Of a stretch of 64,000 bases of DNA, positions 35,504 through 48,679 are shown one piece after another. Source of the DNA: Octopus sinensis (lineage: Eukaryota); assembly GCF_006345805.1 (NCBI RefSeq), contig NW_021825323.1, forward strand, positions 1,116,001 to 1,180,000. The letters run 5' to 3'. Within the stretch, counting starts at the first letter, position 1; every line of letters starts with the position of its first letter. The notes under the pieces were generated by a model. It was not told the DNA's origin. It ran no database searches and saw only the letters and a program-made list of their open reading frames with translations. The translations under genes were made by a program, and so were the position numbers.

Positions 35504-38469
35504 CTAATTTAATTCATCTTTTAAGATTTGAGAGAATGAAAATGGTTCGAACTTTATTCCTTCTCCTTTATAGAATTTTGACTGAAATTCTACCCTTTGA
35601 AATATAAATCGTTTTAAAACCAATGAAGTCTAAGAGAGTGCAGAAATGCCGAGAGTCCTTCCATTATTACAAGAATCAAAATTGTAAAAATAGCCCAAGG
35701 AATAAACAAAAAAAACAACACGATGAATCCCCCAGTAGATTGTTTCAGACCAAATCTAAGGACCATATTCCACAAAACTTTTGAAAGCTCTTTAAATAAT
35801 TATAAAATAACGAACAAAACCTTTATGAGCCAAACTTAAAGCCCAGAGTCTTAAATAAGATGCTGTATGAGATATACAACTCAAAAAAAATTCGATAGTA
35901 TGAATTATACGCTCAGTCATCGTAGAATTCACAGGAACCTAAGACAACATTAAAAACGAAACAACGGGTTCTTCATGAAATTCGTCAAGATTAATATTGT
36001 CAAGAGGTTGATGTTTTTTATTTTGGTAATATTGAAGTAATGGAGATGCAAAAAGTAGCCAAGGAAAACACAACAATTGCAAAAATATCAAAAATTGTTG
36101 AATTCCTTTCTGTTTTTATTAAATAAAAATGATAAAACTTGGCCATGATAAAAAATCCAAGAGCTACATGATGTATTTGGTGTATATGGCTCGATATAGT
36201 TAAACATCATCATATTTATAAAATCTTAATTCATACGTAAAATAAAAAATACGAATTAGAATACTGGGGACACATTCAGCACGACTGCCATTGTATGCTA
36301 TCCATTTTGCAAAAATCAGAATCACAAGATAGCCAATTGAGGATAAGAAAAAAATCAACATTGGAAGAAATTCAGTGAATATTCGAACTTTTTCCATAAA
36401 TTTTCTTAAATATAAATTTCAATAAATGTCTTACAGGTGATTAAGTACTTGGAGAAAAATTCCAAACATCATGTGAATTACAGCAATTATTATGGATAGC
36501 TTCATTTTATAGGAATTCATGAAAGTCATTTCATTATTTGCCAAAGTCCATATCTAAAAATAAAAATAGCATAAAACTGGATCGATGCCATAAATATACG
36601 GATTACCACTATAGTCTGATTTGACTCCGGTTGTGAACGATCCTTGATTGAGAAATGTAAGATCAGAATAATTTTTATAATTTTTAAACGAAATTCTATT
36701 ATTAAGCAATTTATAGAAAAACCTGTGATATTGTGTAGACCAGGACGATCCGAATATATTAATTGATTTCGAAAAAATGTCGTTATAAAGAAATCCAGTA
36801 TAAATAGAAAAAATACCCATCAATAAAATCATATAACGCCCATCAAAGATAAGAGATATAATCTAATCATATTATTTCATTGTTTATTAACATCATCCTT
36901 ATTCTTCAGTTTGGATATACTATCTTCGAAAATTATGATCAAAAAAGCGGCTATGAGTAATATTATTCCATGTCCAGCATCTCCAAACATGAGAGCAAAG
37001 ATATAAGGGAATGTAATAATTGTAAAAATTGCTTATATAATTATTTTATATATGATACCCGGATTAACTTCCATATAATTTCCAATTCCATAAACGTCAA
37101 TTATGTTTTGAAACGCTCTTGTAAATTTATTTGTTGGGTTATATGTCGGATGAGGCAACGATGTAAAATGTCGTTCAAGAAAAGACGAAGTGCTCCAGCC
37201 GCTCAATTTCTACAATGTTTTCAATATTTAAAAATTACATTTGACTCTTCAAGAACCAGTTTGACCTTTTTAACATCTTCTAGAGGACACCAACATTCAC
37301 CAATAAGCAAAGATTTTGACGAATCAGAATTAAATAGATTTAAGGTAAAATAAATTGCTTTCAATCTTTTAACTTCAAATTTCCAAGCCTTTAAATTGGA
37401 AGAAATTGAATTTAATAAAGTTCTTTTGTAATTTATTGTTTGTTCAATTATCTATAAATAAAATCAATCATTAAACTATTTCTAATTGGTAAAGATTTTC
37501 ATTTACTTCTTGCGATAATGTAGCTCGACTTTCAGAATCACGTGGACAATCAAATAAATCACTTTTTAGTCTGAAAATATTTTATTTGAAATTAATACGA
37601 TAAACAGATTTGGTTTATTTTCGGCAAAAGTCGATCACCGCGGCGAATAATCAAAAAATATCTTTCTGCAAATCTTTCTTAAAATTAAGTAGTTTGATTA
37701 CGTTTTCGCTGTAAAACATGTGTTTGTCGACGTTAAAATTCTTAAAAATTATGTTTCCGTGGCAAAAACGCCAAAGAATTCGATGTAAAATAGGTATTTT
37801 TTCCGAATCAATTATGCCAGTAATGTAGCTTTACTAAAAAGTATATTAAAATAAACTTAAAGCTGTCAAAATTTGAATTTAGAAGAGGTTCATTAGAATC
37901 AGCACATGACCTATTAGAGAAACTATTTTGTTGCTATCAATATTATATCACACATCATTAAACGAAATTTGCAGTTAGTTTGTGTGTTTTCTGCAAAATC
38001 TCGTTAATTTTTAAAAGTCGGCTGTAGCTATTTTGTGATTCTGTCAAATTTTGATTGACATTAACAATTTTTTGATAAACATCGTTGACTTTTTCCTAAA
38101 AAATGTAAATTATAATCAGAATACTTCTAAAAGTATTAAATCAGTTTGTTTTGGAAGAATACAGTCGTCAAAAGTATTACTAATACAAATATTTTCATCA
38201 TTTGAGCATTCTTCTATATAAACTGAATTGATTAGATATAAAAAAAACTTATCTTCTTTTCGAGTTCATCACAAAATCTGACCTCTTTGATGAATTTGGA
38301 ATGAAAACAGTTAGAACCTATCTACATTATTCATAAAGTCTGAATAAAAATTTACATCTCTAAATTCAACAATCCCAATGTCTCCGAATTCTGCCAAACA
38401 GTAAAATGCCGCTTCTTGTTGAATATAGAGATGAAATAATCCCATTTCTTTACTTCTTAATGTCGACAT
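35504..38469 (-). CDS. ATP6V0A: V-type H+-ATPase V0 subunit a
   Basis: [25 protein letters not shown]|[63 protein letters not shown]|VEFQSKFY; many 24-34 nt introns. Confidence 0.95.
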
Positions 38470-39826
38470 TTAATATTTTCTGTCGACAAAATAAATTACA
38501 TACTTATTAGTAATCGGTTAATTAATATTATTTTAATCAATATAACCTTAATGACTTTATTGATTTATCTTTATTTTGTAAGATAGTAACCCCTTTAAAT
38601 CACCAATAAACATACAATGACCCTATATTACATATGGCCTATCGATATGGAACCGACGAAGTTTGAAATTACCACAATGTCCGCGAATTCTTGGTCAGCA
38701 TATTTATTGAGATATCAATTAGGACATGGATTATAGTTTTACAAAAAAATAGAGGAAAGATAGAAATTTATTTCCCAATACACTCAGGAAAAAGTTAATC
38801 AGTGCAAATCATGAAAGAAAACTGTACAGATAGTGATCATTTAATCAAATCAAATCAAAATTTATTCCAGACATAATGAAGTAATTAAATGAATTCACAT
38901 TCATTGTTAATGCAAAATGAAATTAAAAAAATCAAAGAGTCTCAATACACATTCATTAGTTAATGCTTTTGTGAAGATACTAATAGATGCCGCAATATTT
39001 AATTGTCAAGAATAATAACTTCGTGTAAAATATTTTTGCGTTGGATATGACAACAAGCGCCGTAACTTTAATTGAGGCAGGGATCACTAATCAGCAAGTA
39101 TTAAAATAAGTTAAAGATTCATAAATACAATCTGCCTAGCAGTAAATTAGCATTGATTTTCAATACTAGAGTGATATAGTATCTTGGGTGACAACTTTAA
39201 ATAATATTTTAAACAATTTTTACAAACTCTGTCAGAATATTTTCAAAGTAGATAAAGCATATATTCAGAGTAGTGTGATAAGGAAAATCGTTAAATACAG
39301 AAATGAGTAGATTAACAACAGATTGAGGTCACAGGAAAACCCACAACTCCAATTGGAAATCGTGGCGAAATTTTGTGACAAAAAAGAAGACTGCGAAGAG
39401 AATGGAGAGTACTTCAAAAGAAGACGTACAAATGAAACTATGTCAAATTCTTGTGGACATGTAAAAACTGACTTAGCTAATTTTTTATTTTTTAGAATCT
39501 TCCAAAAGCTTCGACAGTTTTATATTATGGTATTTTTCACCAGTTAGTCGATGGAAATCAAGAATGTAACAAAACAAAAATCATTCCAAGATCACAGTTT
39601 CTCACATTTTAGAATCAGGAATGTATTTGCCATGTAGAACCAATCACTGTCGACTCTGCACTTTACATTTGAAACATTTTCTCACCGACTCGTTTTCCCA
39701 AAAAAATCAATTTGGAATTCTAAAAGAAAAATCCGTTCGCCAGCTGTGTTGTTGATCCTTGTTAATTCTGACAAATATTATTGTTAAAGTTGTGTATATA
39801 AATTTTCACACTAAAAATAGAAAAAT

Positions 39827-40134
39827 ATGAAACACAATGTTTTGATTGGGTGTACGGGAAATGTGGCCAGTACCAAGACTCCTCATCTAGTTGAACAATT
39901 GATGGTTAAAGTTCAATCATATTTTCAGAAAACACGACAATGTGGGACCATCCAGCCACTTCCGAGGTTTCGGAAAAACTGCAGAATTGGGGATATGTGC
40001 TTATTCCCTGCATTTATAAGCATTTGGCTTGTGGGGATACTGGTTAGACCTAGTTTTCTTCTTCCCCAGGATTTGGGGCAATGGCTGAGGTGGATGACAT
40101 TTGTAAACAAGTCTCGAATTTTCTTGAACAATGA
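39827..40134 (+). pseudogene. PPCDC: PPCDC (phosphopantothenoylcysteine decarboxylase) with the central portion missing
   Basis: N-terminal HNVLIGCTGNVASTKTP is joined out of frame to C-terminal NTTMWDHP..GYVLIPCIYKHLACGDT|GFGAMAEV. A 27-nt intron is retained at 40043-40069. Confidence 0.75.
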
Positions 40135-40607
40135 ATATATTAAACTTTCTTTTCGCATTTCACTTTTTTCTTTAAGTCTTGATTTAAATTTATTTCACCT
40201 CAATATTATAAAAATCAACTTCTATTGAATGTTCACGTTGAATTGAAATTCATCCTTGCCTTGGAGTGGGATTCAAAATAATGGGAAGCTAACCCTAGCT
40301 GGCATCTAACTTTGTTCTTTTATTATTTTAATCAATTTCTCACAAAAAATTCAAGGATGTATAGTTATGAAGAGGGTAACCAAAATTCTGAGGAGTCTAA
40401 TTTATTTCAAAATGAATGAGAAAATTTCCATTTTGTGCCTACAAGTCTGTGGTCGAGCCAATATATGAATACAAAAGCTGGATGTTCTCTAATGAAAGTG
40501 GAAGGATCAACTTGTAAGAAATCAATAGGTCCAAGAAATTAAAGATAGTTAAAAAATTGTAAATATAATGATAACGAAATCAAGAACCATTGACAAATGA
40601 AAAAGAA

Positions 40608-40680
40608 TACCCCGACTGGGAGTCGAACCCAGAACCTTTCGCGTGTAAAGCGAACGTGATAACCGCTACACCATCGAGGC
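40608..40680 (-). tRNA. tRNA-Val(TAC)
   Basis: GCCTCGA/TCGGGGT acceptor stem, TTCGC-TT TAC AC-GCGAA anticodon arm, GGTTCGACTCC T-arm, downstream T-rich terminator; 73 nt. Confidence 0.95.
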
Positions 40681-41888
40681 CTCCATTACTCTCACGTGAA
40701 AAACTCAACAATTATATAGTTTAATTTAACAATCTGGACAGTGCCCTTCCTCGTGATAACCATCGTATTTCGGTATGTAACAATAAATTTTTATAACTTG
40801 CTCCAAAATTATTGCATTAAAATTAAAAAGTCTAGAATTTTTAGACCATGTTTTTCAAATTGCTCAGCCATTTTTCATGCTTTTATTGACAAATTAATAA
40901 AAAATTTAATCTTACGCTTCATTTTTTATTCTAATTCTTAAGTATATTAATTTATTAATGCCATTTTATTTCAATATAAGGAATTTAAAGCATAAAAATT
41001 TAAATCTCGTGACAAAAAACATTGCTCACTTTTCTTGTTATTGCATATGCCACGTTCTCCCAAGAAACAGTTAACTGAATTTAAAAAAGGGATGATTATT
41101 GCGTACTTTAAAGAGGGTAAATCAATCAGAGAAATCTCAAAAATACTTAATTTGCCGTATTCCACAATTTCATTTAATATTCGAAAATTTCGAGAATTTG
41201 GAACACTGCATCGGAGACCGGGCTCAGGACGTCTTCCGAAACTAAGTTCCCCCCAAATACAATTTTTATGTAATGAAACCGAATCACATCCTAAATTGTT
41301 GGCAGTGGATTTGTCCAACAAAACTAAAGAAACTTTCAATATTAATGTTTTCCCTAGGACAATTCTGAGAACTTTGAATAAAAATGGGGTATATTGTCGT
41401 GTAGCAAAAAGAAAGCCATTGCTTTCTCAAAAAAATATTATTTCGAGATGGTCTGCGTCACTACGATTTTTATCGATATCTGATAGTACATAGAAATCGG
41501 TGATATTCTCAGATGAGTCAATGTTCGATGTTTTTAACAACAGAAAACATCAGCTTGTTTACAGAAAAAATAAAACGGAGTTAAAAAATGCACATTTGCT
41601 GCCGACTGTTAAGTTCGAAGTAGGGAGAGTTATGATTTGGGGCTGTATATCGTATAGTGGTGTAGGCAATTTGGTTTTTATCGAAGAAACTATGAACTCT
41701 GGATATTATATAAATTTACTGTCTAATAATCTGGACCAATCAGCTGAAAAATGGGCTTATCCTCGTTTATTTTTCAACAGGATAATGCTCCATGCTATAC
41801 ATCTCGTATGGTTAAGGCATATTTCGAAACCAAAAAATATATTATTCTTGATTGACCATCGCAATCACCGGATCTTAACCCAATAGAG

Positions 41889-44048
41889 CAGTGGTTCTCA
41901 AACTGGGGTACGCGTACCCCTAGGGGTACGCGAAATTCTGTAGGGGGTACGCGAAAATTTTTTGAAAATCTATTTAATTTTCGTTTCACATAAAAAAGTT
42001 ATTAATTCTAATTATAATAAAAATCATAATTAAATTAAATAATTAATAATAAAATAAATCTCCACGCTACTAGTTTTTCTTATGAGTTTACCTGTTAACA
42101 AGATTCGAAAATACAACGATAGTTATCTCAACTATGGATTTTATTTTGTGATTAAAAACGGTGTGCCACATCCGCAGTGTATTATTTGCCAAAAGATTCT
42201 TTGCCCTGAATCCATGAAACCTTCATTACTTTCTCGGCATCAAGTTTCTAATCATTTCGAAACTATCGGAAAACCAAATGACTTTTTTAAGAACAAAAAA
42301 GATAATATTCGGAAAATAGACGATTCTTTCAATTTTGACATTAATTTTTTACTATCAAAACTCTCTTACATGATTTCATATCGGATCGCAAAAGCCAAAA
42401 AACCACATACAATTGCCGAGAATCTTATTATACCGTGCATTAAGGACATGTTTGAATGTTTCCCTGGCAATAAATTGGAGCATATTGTTCGAAAAATTCC
42501 ATGTTCAAATGATACCGTCAATAGAAGAATACGAGATCTATCCGAAAACATAAAAGAACAAGTTATTTTCTGGTTAATTATTATTAGGTCATTACTGAAA
42601 TAAAAAGTGCTGCCTTTAAAAAATTTTCAATTCAATTGGATGAATCAACAGATGTAGCAAATTGCTCTCAGTTACTCGTTTATGTGCGATATATTTATAT
42701 GGAAAATATTAAGGAAGAATTTTTGTTCAACTATTCCTTACCTTTAAACACAAAAGGTTCTGATATTTTCGATGCAGTTAATTGTTTTTTTGAAACAGAA
42801 GGTACATTTTTGATTTTTTACTTATGATAGGCCTATTGTGGCAAAATCTTAGTGCATGCACCACAGATGGAGCACCAGCTATGCTTGGATGTAACTCTGG
42901 TTTCCGAGGTAGAGTACAATCTGTCAATCCAAATGTAAAACATCTTCACTGTATGTTGCATCGTTATGTTCTTGCTGTGAAGACAATGCCTCTTGAACTT
43001 AAAAATGTTCTTGACGATGTTATTAAAATTGTCAATCATATCAAAAAAAGTCCTTTAAATTCGCGAATTTTTTATTCAATTTGTGAAGAATTTGGTTCAG
43101 ATGAGAAGGTTTTACTATATCACACAGAAGTTCGATGGTTATCCAAAGGAAATGTTCTTTCCAGAGTGCACAGTTTGAAGAATGAAATTTATGAATATTT
43201 TCTTCGCGAAAATACAAATTTATATTTATCAAAGTTATCAAATATGTATTGGGGTGTAATGCTATCTTATTTAACGGACATTTTTTCGCGAATTAATGCT
43301 TTGAATTTATCGGTACAAACTAAGGGAGTTACCATTGTTGACTTTTTAGAAAAAACAAGGTTTTTTACGAAATAATGCAATATTGTAGGTCTTTTCGTAT
43401 GAAGCTCCAACTGTGGATAGATAATACAACAAATTCTAATTTTACTATGTTTGATAAGTTGAATGAAAACATTTTCCATCTAAAATTAAATGAAATAGAA
43501 AATTTAAAACATCAAATAACTTCCCATTTACTTGGATTGAAGAATGAAATTGAAAAATATATACCTGAAATTAATGAAGTAGATCTTAAGTTTTTTGTCA
43601 ATCCTTTTTCCGTAAAAGTTAATGTTTTGCCTTCAAATATTCAAGAAGTTATTGAATTAATAAATTCTTACGAGTCAAAAATCTTATTTGAATCTGCACC
43701 ATTAATTGAATTTTGGTGTAAAATGACATCAAAATATCACAATATTGGATTTTATATAATCGATTTTTTGCTTTTGTTTCCGACTACATATCTCTGCGAA
43801 CAAGGATTTTCATCGTTGTTTAATTTAAAATCAGTTCATCGTGCGAGGCTGAATGTTGTTCATGATATTCGGGTGTGTCTTTCGTCAAAGGATCCAGAAA
43901 TCGATAGATTAGTGATTGATAAACAACACCATCCATCTCATTAATTAAATATTTTTTTTCCTTAATTTTTTAAAAATCAATAAGGGGTACGCGAAAAATT
44001 ATTTAGATGGCAAGGGGTACACAAGGAAAAAAAGTTTGAGAACCACTG
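41889..44048 (+). mobile_element. Complete hAT (Charlie/Buster/ZBED8-like) transposon, 2160 bp
   Basis: Perfect 16-bp TIRs CAGTGGTTCTCAAACT and subterminal GGGGTACGCG repeats at both ends. Confidence 0.93.
42082..43944 (+). CDS. hAT transposase, 592 aa after removing three introns
   Basis: Exons 42082-42561, 42588-42801, 42831-43359 and 43389-43944 sum to 1779 nt in one frame. BED-like CIICQK..H, DESTD, TTDGAP, HC..H, EVRWLS, TTYLCEQGFS. Confidence 0.9.
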
Positions 44049-45199
44049 CTCTAGAAGATAATATTTTCAGTACATGTCCACAATTTTTGAAAATCTACTA
44101 CGAATTTAGAAAAAACCTATCAGGAGAACTGAAAAAAAAACCAATTCGGTGAGAAAATTACTGATTACTTTTAATAGTATTTTTTGTTGGATTTATTAAA
44201 ATTTTTAAATTTTATTAAGAAAGGACTATGTTAGAATTTTTATTAATATTAAATAATTTTAATTTATAGTCTAAAATGCAATAAAAATCTATTGAGGAGA
44301 AAATAAAAGCAAAAAATCTTTACCCTCGCATTTTGGGGCACCCCCGCTTTTTGGGGCACTATGATAAAAATGCTGCCCCAAACCGGGGTCGTACTGTAAT
44401 GCTATATAAAGACATAAACATTGGTGAGCAATTTTTTTTGACGACCACTGTATAACTGATTTCAAAACAGGCGGGAGAGTTTTCGAAACCAATACTTCAC
44501 GATGTAAAAAACAATGTGTAGATAGTATTTGATCATTCTATGCTTTTAGTACAGAAACCTGAATTTAATTATATAAAAAACAATATACAAGTCCATTAAA
44601 TCTTCCAGATAGTGCTTCATCTGTGCTGTAAATATCAATTGCACAATTTTAGGAAAACTTATTTTATCTTTCAGAAGTCGAATCTTTTTAAAATTAAATT
44701 TTGAAATCCGTGAGGCTGAAAGGGCGTCCTAAACTGCGTAGTCTTTTATGTTATTTACGTCTGTTTTTTTCTCCTTTATAATGTTTATAACTTTAGAATA
44801 AAAAAACGGTCGAGAGCACAACGGGCAACGCAACCGTAATAAAAAAATATGTTTCCGAAATCTCTTGATTGCGATTCCGTAGACATCAAAAAGACCAGAC
44901 CATAAGGATCGAAACCCTTTTTGGTACGGCATTTTGGTTCAAAATTAAATGTATTTAAATAAAATACTTTATAATGTCATATTAGTACATCTTTATATTT
45001 TGGGTTCTCAACAGAAAATTTAAATGTAATAACACGATTCTATTTATATCGACTCAATAAATAATACATATTTAAATTTATTTAAAAATCAACTTATTTT
45101 TTTGTCGACTTACACACTATTAAAGAATGAATATTTATATATTATAATTAATTTTTATACAAAATTATGAATAACTAATTTTTTTTAGAGACATGTATT

Positions 45200-47919
45200 A
45201 TGGAGTCCTGTCTTGTTGAGTCCTTTTGTTCAGTTCTTGGAAACGCAGGTTACTTTTTCAAATATTTTCTAGAATTATTAAAAATTATTGATGAAAATGA
45301 TTCAGAATTCCCCATCGACAAGTTAGTTAGTAGCGAAAATATCTGCCAATTTTTGGAAGTTTATACGAAATCTCCAAATTTTAATCAACTCACGAATATT
45401 GGGAAATTTATATCAATTTTTATTCCAACTTTGAAATTAATTACAAACAACAACCTAAATATATTTCCATTAGTCGATTACATTTCAAAAAATATATTTT
45501 CCGAATCATTATTTTGCCCAATCTGCACAATCTTCACTGTAACTAATTCTTTTAAATTACTTGATAAGTCTTATGTTGATATAATTTATAAAAAGTAATA
45601 TTTTAAATACTTTTTTAGTTATTTTCAAAATGTTTTGACTGCCCTGCATTCTGCCATGACTGTCCCCTGCCAAATAGTGTGTGCCTCACAGATTTGTCTA
45701 GCTCGGAAAGATGATATAAAAGCTATTCTTAGCCAAACAGTGTCTGATCTTATACTTCCTTCACATTATCGTCGACATGTATATAAAGTAATATTGAATC
45801 CATCATCTCAATCTGTTTCTTTTCGACGTTTTTGTTCTCAATGTTTTGCAACGTTAGTTTCTCAACCAAATGGACTAAGGGAACTCACTACTGAGTTGTG
45901 TTCTGAAAGTAAACATATTTTATGATATTTTTTTAGAATTACCGGTTTCTGTCGATCTTCAACAAAATGCAGTGGCACAATTATTGGTTTATTGCCCACT
46001 TACTCGTTCTTTCATTCCCAAATATTTGAATTGTATGATAAAACAAGTATGATCTGGAAAATGTTATTTTTAGATATTTCTTGAGAAGAGTGAATCGTGG
46101 CCAGGTGTATGGTTGGTTATATTGTCGTTCATTGCTTCTAAATATACTGATTTGTTCGAAGAATGTTTGGATCAAATAATTCTCCCCAATTTGAGGGATC
46201 AAAATATTTTGGATCATTTGCTCAAAGTTCATTAAAAATAAAACTTTTATTAGATTGAGTCTGATTTTCGACTCACTCAAGCAGTTAGAAGATATTTGAC
46301 TGACAGAAAAAGACTTTCTAATCTCTTTAAGTTATATGTTGATTTATATCCTCGAGTAGAACTCACAGGGTTTGTTTGATTGGGTAATATTAGTCGTGTT
46401 GTTGGACAACTCATTTCTCGTTGTCTTGATGGAAACAGTTCAGCCGGGGATATTCTTTTTGAATGTTTAGTTCAAAACTGTCAATCTGACGGAAACGTGG
46501 TTTCTTGTGTTATTTCGATAATTGATTCTGTTTCTGATAGTGGGAATGTCGTGTGCTCTCTATTGCAGTTGATTTTTCAGGTTAGATTAGTTTTTGTCGA
46601 CTTTATAGACTTATAATCGAGCAATCTCTGAGCAGGATATTCCTGAATACGTAATTTGTCTTGTCGAATATCTTCCACATATAATTGAGCATTATTTGCC
46701 GACCCTGTTTACTCAGGACTCTACAAAAATAGCTGAATTTGTGAAAGTAATTGATATAATCACGTAAAGATGTCATTAAATGATTTATGCTGTAATCTCC
46801 CGTCTCCCGACGAAACAGAATTGGGAGAAATTAGACAATCTACTGTGAATATTACTCTAAATTTAATGCTCACACTGCTTTTCGGATTTGAGAACGTTTT
46901 TTGTAGTTTGTAAATTTTTTAGTTGGATTGGAAACAGTTTGATGAGTTGATTGTGCAATTGACTGATTTGGGAAATTTGTGGAAGTCCTACTCGTTTGAT
47001 GTCTACGAATTATCCACTCAAATAACCACACTTATTACTTCTCGTGGAAAAGAAGGATTTGATAAATTACTGTCGGGATGTGGGATTGTAGAGTCGAATA
47101 AGAGTTGTTTTGAATTGGCATATGAGAATGCTTCTTGTGTGGGGTGTATAGTGACGAAAGGGGAGGGAATTATTAGTCTAACTAGATTGATCTCAGCTAA
47201 TGATTCTGAAACTATGAAAAACGATAAAAAGATTTTACGTCTATTTATTGACTGTTTGAGTGATGATGACAGTTATATATATTTGTCTGCTATTAAAGGT
47301 ATTGTGAATACTTATTAAAGGAATTGTCGAGTTGTGTGATCGCTTTCATGATCATGTCGTCCCTCTTTTGGTTTCGGAGTTTGCTGGATTAAATGTTCAT
47401 ATGTCCTCTCTCGAGGTACGACTGGAGATTGGTGAAATTATTGTCAAAATTTGTCGCAGATTAGGTCAGTTAGAATAAAAGTTTAGGTTTAGGTTCCCTC
47501 TTGCCTATGTATAAAAATAAACTTGCAAATCTACTTCTTTTGGCGTGTAGGGATGTGAATGATCTTATTCGTGCAAGTGCTTTGTCTGCTTTTGGGGAGT
47601 TCTGCAAATGTGCACGATTTACAGTGGGCACATATTTGGTAGAGGTTAGAAGTGTCTGGAATAATGGCAGATTATTGAATTGATTCGATCTGGACTGAGG
47701 GACTCTTCTAAGGAAGTTAAAAGAGCTTCTATTAATTTTCTCCTGCTTTTATTGCAGGGAATTGAGAGAAATGAATTGCTTTATTTATTGAAGGACTCTT
47801 TGTCTGAGATTGCCAAGATTATTCGTGTAGCCAGTCAAGATTATAGCGACGAGGGTGTCCAAGTACTTGCAGTGCTTGTCGTAGAAGAGTTGGAAAAACT
47901 TTTATTTTCGAATTTATAA
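45200..47919 (+). CDS. TANGO6: TANGO6/Rtp1 ARM-repeat protein
   Basis: C-terminal DCLSDDDSYIYLSAIKG, RLEIGE..RLG, DLIRASALSAFGEFC, EVKRAS..LLLQG; about 11 micro-introns. Start codon uncertain. Confidence 0.78.
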
Positions 47920-48199
47920 ACTCTTATAGTCTTTTTGTAAACATTTATATCTTTTAAATATAATAATAGTTTATTAATGACCCAGTAGTATTATGTTTTG
48001 TTAAAATGCATTATTCTTTCATGATAAAATAGTATGATTTGTTCAAGGTAAAATGCTGATTTGTTCAAGGTAAAATGTAACCGGTTTCCCAAGCGTATCC
48101 AGCCTCCCATGTCACAGAATAAGCTTGTAGTATATAGCAGTTTCATCCAGATTGTAGATTTGATGCGGCTTAAATAATTTAGAAATTTCTTCAAGAATT

Positions 48200-48640
48200 A
48201 ATGTCAACTATTTTATCAGTTCGTATCTCAGTAAGCATTCTAAAATCATGCCTCTTTTGAATTTTGCCAGAAATCCATTAGAATTTTTAAAGTTAACAAG
48301 TTTCAACTCTTCGGCAAAATGCGCAGTCTTACACAATATCAGAGAATCATTCAAAAAATCGCCTAAAAATTAATTTTCAATTAATACTTTTAGACTATAT
48401 TGTATCCATCCAATCTACCAATTTTTCTTCAAGAGTAGGAAATTTCGGTTTGCGAGCGCCATTAAAAAAATTTTGATAGATTTTTGAATCCCATAAAATA
48501 GTCTTTATTAAGCTGAAATTTATTAATCGTTTTATTCAAGAGCGTCTTTCGAAATAAATGTGGGAATCTGTAAGCCAAAAGCTGACACGAAACACTATCA
48601 TTGTCTTCCTTGTAGTTTATAATTTTTATTTTTTCATAAA
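48200..48640 (-). mobile_element. pogo/Tigger CENP-B-HTH remnant with a 25-nt intron-like segment (48363-48387)
   Basis: RKPKFPTLEEKLVDW..LNDSLILCKTAHFAEEL..FKNSNGFLAKFK. Confidence 0.65.
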
Positions 48641-48679
48641 AAGTGAACGAGTATAAGGTCCTCCAGAAATTTTATGAAA

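Larger units (their letters stand above)
41003..44450 (+). mobile_element. Inactive Tc1-like transposon interrupted by a hAT element
   Basis: HTH ORF from 41047, IFSDES, QQDNAP and SPDLNPIE remnants with a TAG nonsense at 41491-41493 and frameshifts. Right TIR ...TTGACGACCACTG|TA at 44450; left TIR degenerate near 41005. Confidence 0.8.

Noticed and set aside
39300-39790. Possible spliced gene upstream of PPCDC, or the missing PPCDC middle
   Set aside because: No PPCDC motifs in any frame I read and no stable exon model.
41905-41955. Repeated GGGGTACGCG units as a CRISPR-like array
   Set aside because: They are subterminal hAT repeats mirrored at 43983-44020; the context is eukaryotic with no spacers or cas genes.
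44700-44935. GC-richer island and ORF 44729-44932 as a gene or snRNA
   Set aside because: No consistent splice model and no U1/U2/U4/U5/U6 signature recognised.
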